A stretch of DNA of 62,723 nt, the filler included, from Globobulimina sp. (taxonomy: Eukaryota), in assembly GCA_003354225.1 (NCBI GenBank). It is 10 parts of 10 records of this genome, joined end to end, with 100 filler letters (N's around TTAATTAATTAA, not from the genome) between each part and the next. Parts side by side here need not be neighbours in the genome. Positions count along the whole stretch, not along the records: positions 56,565 to 62,723 come from PIVH01000350.1; 9 more parts are not named here. One strand, given 5' to 3'. The number at the start of each line of letters is the position of its first letter. Position 1 is the stretch's first letter. A program made the translations under genes and the position numbers. The notes under the pieces were generated by a model. That model made no database searches, was not told the DNA's origin, and saw only the letters and a list, made by a program, of their open reading frames with translations. Shown here piece after piece: positions 56,565-62,723 of this stretch.

Positions 56565-58940
56565 CATGGGCGATGATGAAAGTGATACCATGTCTCAGAT
56601 CTCAGGCGTATCACGTGTGACTACAGTGCGTCATTTAAATAACGGTACATCGCACAAAAAATGGAAGAAATCAAAGGGAAAAAAGAGCAAAAAATCCAAG
56701 AAAAAAAACAAATTAAATTTGGCCAAATTATTGATGGACGAGTTCGATGTGGCCATCGACATTTTGGATTTCAATTTCGACGGGAGTAGACAGGTCGCCT
56801 TTCATTTGAACATCGCGCGCCATATGGAAGTGACCAAGTGCAAAGAGGGCGGCCAAGCGGAGACATTGTGGGCTCAACGACGAAGATGTGAGCAAAAACT
56901 GGGAAAAAGCGACGAATTTGCTGCGGACTTTGGTTTCAAATAAAGAGAAGTTTACCATCACATTTGTGCGTCGGAAAGTGGAGAATTTGGTGATCACAGT
57001 GGTGCGAGCGGGGAATAGTGAGTTTAATGGGAAATATAAGTTTTATAAGCGCGACAAAGCCGACGATATGTGCCTGATTTATGTCAAGAATGACCACGAC
57101 GAAGACTTTGATTTTGACGGGATCGAGAGCAAGGAAGAAAAGTTTGATCCGCTGAATAGCGACAGTGACAGCATACATATCATACACAGAGTGTATAGCA
57201 ACCCTGACAATTTCGAGGCGCTGTGGGTGCTAAAGTCAGGCAAAGACGAGCATTATTACATGTGTGTGACCAATGAATATTTGCCGCCGCAGCACGGCTG
57301 GGAATTGGTGCCTGACGGCAATGCGACGTACCCTGCGCCCGGGCTGCAGTTTGCGAATGACAGCGCCCGGTTCGATCACGTGGACAGACTGCGACCGCAG
57401 GAGGAGAGCAAAGAGGAGAGCACTGCTGCGGTGCACGACGGATTGAATATAAATAATCGGAGTAGGGCCAATAAACACAGACACGAAAAGACACTGACGC
57501 GCATGAGAGCGACACTCGGCAATGCAGACGAGTTTAATAAAATGGGATCAAACCAAAAGCGGTCACACACGGGTGGTGCGAGTGGATATATGCCGAAAAA
57601 GGCAGGGATGAAAATGGGGGGACAGAAGCGGGGTGGCTTTGGTTCGAAACTGTTTGGAGGGAAAAAGAGCAAAAAAGTGAAAAATATTGGCAAAGTAAAG
57701 CGAGAAAAGGATGGGAATGAGAGTGCGCCTGAGACGGACGAAGACACGGCAAAGATTGAGGCGATTTGGCAACAGAAATTGGAACAAACGACCAAAAATG
57801 CCATCAATCAATTGACGACCAAGCACGAGATCGAGATCAAGAAAAAAGCGGTGACAATGGACAATTTGAAGGAGAGTTGTGACAAATTAAGGTATAGTCA
57901 ATTTAATTCCATCAGTTTAATCATACCAAATTTGCGATACTACCTTCAGAGGGGCCTTTCAGGAGAATAGCGAGTATTACTATCAATTGTACCTCGAAAA
58001 GTGTGAATTATCGCTGTTACTGCAAGAAAAGCAGATCGAAGTGAAGCGAAGCAAGGATAAGCAGAAAGAGATGGGCAAACGATATTTTAGTCAGCAACAG
58101 CGGACCGAGGAATTGGAGCACAAATTGGCGGACATTAGCAGCACTTTCTCGTCGAGAATGAATCAAATTCAACAGAAACAAGGCCGACATAGGCCCACCA
58201 AAAGCACTGTGAATGAGTTGGCGAGCATCGAGGCACAGTTTCGCAATTTATTGCACACAGAAACAAAGGGAGGCAAAAAGAGTGGGAAGTCAAAGCAGCA
58301 CCGCAGTCCGACTAAACTGCAGCAGAGCGACAGTAATGAGACGGGCAACGAGTATTTGGAGAATGAGATTATTAAACTGACTTCCAAATTGAGCGCGAAT
58401 GAGGAGCGGGTTTTGCTCGCAAATGCGGAGAACAAAAGGCTGAAACGCGAGAATAAGTCACTGAGTGGGCAATTGCAGAGTAAACAGGGCGGCAGTGACC
58501 AATATATGGCGGAGAGAATGCAGAAATTGAACACAAAAGTGTCTCAGTTTCAGCAGAACATCTATAATTTCATGTCTCTGCTACAGAATGTGGAGCAGGA
58601 ATATATGCAAAAGTGTGGCAAGTTGCCAAAGGTGACCAAAGCCATCGATTGGCGGAATGAGTACGACCCAAAAAAGTATAAACAGCGGTCACAAAATGGA
58701 AGTGCCCATTCACACAATCAAACTTTTGTCGAGAAACAAATGCCAAAGAGCTCTAGTAAAAAGTCTAAGAAATCCAAGCATAAAAATAAAAATGCGAAAG
58801 GCAGCGCGACAGAGTCGATGACATTGTCGCATGACCAGAGATGGGGCGGTTTTAATTTGGGCGCCGCGGCCGACGAGGCGAGTGATCAAGCCCGGCCCAA
58901 GCATCGGAATAAGAACGAATCGAGGATCATTGATTTGTGA
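56565..58940 (+). CDS. Multi-exon coiled-coil protein, 5'-truncated (possible frameshift near 56880)
   Basis: ORFs 56566-56943, 56888-57970 and 57987-58940 share codon style; intron about 57892-57949; long C-terminal coiled coil. Confidence 0.6.
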
Positions 58941-59266
58941 TCGAGTCAGTTTCTTCCGTCTTTTTTTGTACAGTACAGTTTCTCATTCATTATTTATTGC
59001 ATACATTAACTTCTCTTATTTTAATTTTGATTGATTGTTTTTGTATATTATAATTGCGTTTTTCTCTCTCTTTTTTTTTTTGTTTTTTTGGTTGTTTGGG
59101 AATTGAATTTCTCTCTCAAGGGACAGACTTGTTTTGGTTTTTTTGTGTATGATATTGTCAGTGTTAGCTATGCGTTTTTGAATTACCGTTTCTAGCGTTT
59201 TTCGATCGATGTCATCCTTGCACTTTTAATATAGAAACCCGCTCAATATTATTGAAAATTATTTTG

Positions 59267-59995
59267 TCAGTCAGATACGAGATACACAAAAGCTATGGAA
59301 CTGGCAAATATGGTCCACATTATTGCTCGGTCAGTTGTTTTATGTGCCGGAATTATTTCCAAACATTCCGGCATTAATTCACAAAACGAAATATAGAACA
59401 TTGCACCAGCAGCAAATCCCAAAGAGAATGAAAGCAATGGAGCAAAATATTCCACGAATAAGTAGGCTGGTACCGCGGTGAGTGGCAGAGGAATATCGCA
59501 AGACATTGAATACAGAGTAGCAGTCCGTTTATCCATTCCCCTTCCAACCAGATATAGACAGGTTGCTAAGCCATCAGGAATGTTATGCAATGCTAATGAT
59601 AGGATCACATTCGAGGATAAGTCACTGTTAGCAGATCCAGCCGCCACTCCAATTGATGATCCTTCTCCTAAGCTATGAACTGTCATAGTTAGGATCACGA
59701 TTAGTATCTGTTGATTTGCTTTAGTCATGTTTGGTTTCATGAATTTTATTAATAATGATGAAAACCAGACTAACATCCAGCCAACTATGACTCCTATGAA
59801 CATTCCGAACAGATCATCACTTTCCACTGAGGCCATTAATAAATATCCGCAACCAACCATCATTCCGCAGGCTGCGATGGTGAGATAGCTGGCAGTGCTA
59901 CCATGAAATTCATCAAACATAAATAAAGGAATACTTCCAAATCCTTGAAATAATGCAACAATCGATGCATTTACGAACACTGTCCAAGCAGTCAT
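59267..59995 (-). CDS. ZIP-family metal transporter (GufA/ZupT-like)
   Basis: MTVHSLGEG, LALHNIPDG and GFAAGAMFYISFCELMPE; multiple TM helices. Confidence 0.92.
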   Translation of the reverse strand: MTAWTVFVNASIVALFQGFGSIPLFMFDEFHGSTASYLTIAACGMMVGCGYLLMASVESDDLFGMFIGVIVGWMLVWFSSLLIKFMKPNMTKANQQILIVILTMTVHSLGEGSSIGVAAGSANSDLSSNVILSLALHNIPDGLATCLYLVGRGMDKRTATLYSMSCDIPLPLTAVPAYLFVEYFAPLLSFSLGFAAGAMFYISFCELMPECLEIIPAHKTTDRAIMWTIFASSIAFVYLVSD

Positions 59996-60300
59996 TGTTC
60001 TTACTGAGTAAACGTTTTCAGACTCCTTGCGTCAAAATCTTTTTCTATAAATAGAATTCCCAATATATAGAATGTGAGATGAATTTATAAATAAATATGA
60101 GATTATGATATGCAGCAAAGCATTCTCAAGTCAAACTCGACTGTTCATCAATCAAACGATTTTAACGTACAACTTAGAACAAACAAACGAGCATACACTG
60201 GAGAGCATATATAATTTTGCGCAACATCGATTAATTTAAACTCATACAAAAGAAAGCAGAGAAATGATACAATAAGTGCAGATTCGTGACTACATTGCAT

Positions 60301-61239
60301 TCAAAATAATGCATTGGTAACCAATCTCCGAACAGCTGTTTCATACAAACCAGGGAAATAATACAACAAATACACCCATATTTTGAAGTCTTTAATGGGC
60401 CATGATTCTCTTAATTTATTACTCATTGCTACAGAAATGAGCTGCGCGCAACGGTCACTTTTCATCGCAGTTTGTCTTTGCACCATTTCAGTTTGGACAA
60501 AACCAGGTAATATATCTGTGATGGTCACATTTGGCCATTGACTCACTTCCTCACTAATTGCATAACCAAAGCCAAGTAAACCGCTCTTTGAAGCACCATA
60601 CACTGCAGTCTTAGGGGCGCATAGTCGAGCTAGACAGGATTCAACATTGACAATGTGGCCAAACATATCATTTCTCTTTTTAATCATGTCAGTCAACACT
60701 AATTTGGTTAATATTACTGGCGATATCAAATTTATTTGCAATAAATGCATTGCGCCATTCATGTCACCGTCGATAAATTGGCCTGGCATGCTTACACCTG
60801 CGTTATTGGTCAAAATATCAATGCATGGCACACCGAAATGTTTGAGTATTGATTGATACTTTGTCTGGTAATATTCGATATCTGCGTTGCTCAAATCCAA
60901 GGGCAATACCATGATCTCTGTCTGGTATCGGCTGTGTATTTGAGATTTTATTTGCCGCAATTTATTTTCGCGTCTTGCGGAAAGAATCAATTTGACTCCG
61001 ACATTCAATGAGGCCAAATACTCTGCTAATGATTGCCCGATGCCCGATGATGCACCTGTGATCCAAATGATTCGATTTCTGAAATATTCTTGTTTCACTT
61101 GTTTGTGCCAGGTTGTCCAGTCGCAATCCATTTTGAGGAGCTGAAATGCTGCATACAATAAGCATGAAAATACCACAGATACACTTGCTGCGAAAATTGT
61201 CGTCTCACCCCATGAGGATAAAAATGAGAAGAGCTGCAT
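60301..61239 (-). CDS. Short-chain dehydrogenase/reductase (DHRS7-like, membrane-anchored)
   Basis: WITGASSGIG, LSARR, NNAG, YGASK and PGFVQT. Confidence 0.92.
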   Translation of the reverse strand: MQLFSFLSSWGETTIFAASVSVVFSCLLYAAFQLLKMDCDWTTWHKQVKQEYFRNRIIWITGASSGIGQSLAEYLASLNVGVKLILSARRENKLRQIKSQIHSRYQTEIMVLPLDLSNADIEYYQTKYQSILKHFGVPCIDILTNNAGVSMPGQFIDGDMNGAMHLLQINLISPVILTKLVLTDMIKKRNDMFGHIVNVESCLARLCAPKTAVYGASKSGLLGFGYAISEEVSQWPNVTITDILPGFVQTEMVQRQTAMKSDRCAQLISVAMSNKLRESWPIKDFKIWVYLLYYFPGLYETAVRRLVTNALF

Positions 61240-61889
61240 TTTTGACGTGGGATGGAGGGTGCTAAATTCGTTGTTTTTCTTTTTATTTGTAATTTTTTAT
61301 TTTAATTAGTGCATAATTCCGTTGATGACAGCAAATTTAGAAAACTTCTCGATTATGAGCATAATGACTCTAGAAATGTGCTGGATCGGAAATTCTTCAA
61401 TCTTCATTGCTGTCATTGTTCTTACTGAGTAAACGTTTTCAGTAGTTGATTGGACTCCGGATCCTTGCGTCAATACCATTTTAAAAAACAATAATAATTG
61501 CAATGGAATTAAATCAAAACAATGAAATATTTCTATCATACAACAACACTCCAGGTTCTTCGTATTGGGATCAAGTTAGCAACAGATTGTGGTAAAGTTA
61601 AAATCTCCAAATGTCTCTTTCTGGTAAATTGATCGTACGTATTTCAATATATAACGAGTCCGTTGCATCGATGACAGTATGTTCAACTGTGTTTGCAACT
61701 CCATTATGACATTGAACAGGACCTGATGATACATATTCACGATCACCATGTGTAGTTGGTGCCTCATCAAACATGTTCATTACTGTTCTGAAATTGGTCG
61801 CTTTTTCATCACATGTCGTAAATTTAATTTGAGAATAATTTTCTAATTCTTTGCTATCCAAATAAAATTTGAGTGGAAACATTACATTG

Positions 61890-62400
61890 AGTTTCAATTC
61901 CTTTGTACTTTAGAAAATGTGGATGCACTGAACGTGATCAAATGTGTGCACGCACATATTAATGCATCATTGGTCATATCCTACACAAAACACCCATTCG
62001 TATCCCAATTGGAGCTTACACCGTTCCAATATTCACATTTCGGCAAAGTATACTCGTTATCCAACGCAAATGCATCTTTATCAAAAGCACTTATATTATT
62101 CAATTTGAATTGAATGAAATACGGTAAACATTGGTTCGACTCCAAATTCACAATACTTTCCATCGATGTGAGTGCGTCAGCGTTGAAAATAATCACAGTG
62201 ACTACATCCGTCTTTGACTGTCTTTCCGTGAAATTATCACTAATGAAATTATCTACGCTCGTCGAAGCAATTGTACAGTCAAATGTGCTACCCTAAAAGA
62301 TGTTACTGTCACAATAATTAAATTATTGCGACCATTAAATCATATAAAGTAACAATGTGACGTTACATATTTTATTGCTATGTCACTGAATAGCCAAATA
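61890..62400 (-). pseudogene. Disrupted GAIN/GPS-motif protein gene fragment
   Basis: CEYWNGVSSNWDTNGCFV*DMTNDALICACTHLITFS is a GPS motif interrupted by an in-frame TAG at 61983-61981, with another stop shortly after. Confidence 0.6.
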
Positions 62401-62723
62401 TGCAAATCCCTCCGTTGCTGTAAAGCTAGTAACCTGAAAATTCAAACTGAGAAAACCTGACATATGGGCAACGGGTCAAGTATTACAAAACTAGTCAACT
62501 ATATAGTCAACTATATAGTCATGTATATATATATAAATGTCCGAATGCATATATGTATATAACTATAACAGATAAATACGTCGATAGTCGAGTCAACAAA
62601 GTCATATACGTTGAATAATGTCTAAATTACCAAGAAAAGTCGTAGTCAGGTAGTTGACTACAGTAGTGTTCCCGATAAGAGATACGCATATTAGTACTAA
62701 TATATATGTTATACTGCTAATAT

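Noticed and set aside
61981-61983. Stop-codon reassignment (TAG read-through in the GPS motif)
   Set aside because: All other long genes translate cleanly with the standard code and a further stop follows; a pseudogene or sequencing error is simpler.
62490-62723. Transposon terminal inverted repeat (TAGTCAACTA/GTAGTTGACTAC motifs)
   Set aside because: Short degenerate repeats at a contig end, with no partner end or transposase visible.

Overview
This window is not one locus. It is ten unrelated contigs of about 6.2 kb, sorted by size and joined by 100-nt N/TTAATTAATTAA spacers: 1-6199, 6300-12498, 12599-18793, 18894-25088, 25189-31375, 31476-37653, 37754-43929, 44030-50204, 50305-56464 and 56565-62723. 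Most contigs are AT-rich eukaryotic DNA with 50-70 nt GT-AG introns and tightly packed genes (PPR, kelch-SAM, vWA, MYND, P-type ATPase, ZGPAT-like). By inference this resembles a rhizarian/foraminiferan protist. Contig 4 looks like giant-virus (Imitervirales-like) DNA. Three Penelope-like retroelements (PLEs) are present. The standout is contig 5, a terminally redundant (circular or tandem, about 6173 bp) Naiad-type PLE. It has an N-terminal GIY-YIG plus RT ORF, a LINE-type ORF1p-like gene whose first exon lies across the junction, arrays of covarying RNA hairpins, and a hammerhead ribozyme whose three strands are in a non-circularly permuted (pseudoknotted) order. Other notable items are a head-to-head pair of a CrtC/cyclase-like-GGPP synthase fusion and a homogentisate-prenyltransferase-like gene, a Na/K-ATPase with an inserted ubiquitin-like domain, and an ESCRT-III-vWA fusion. 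All calls come from motif reading by eye; no searches or folding programs were run.
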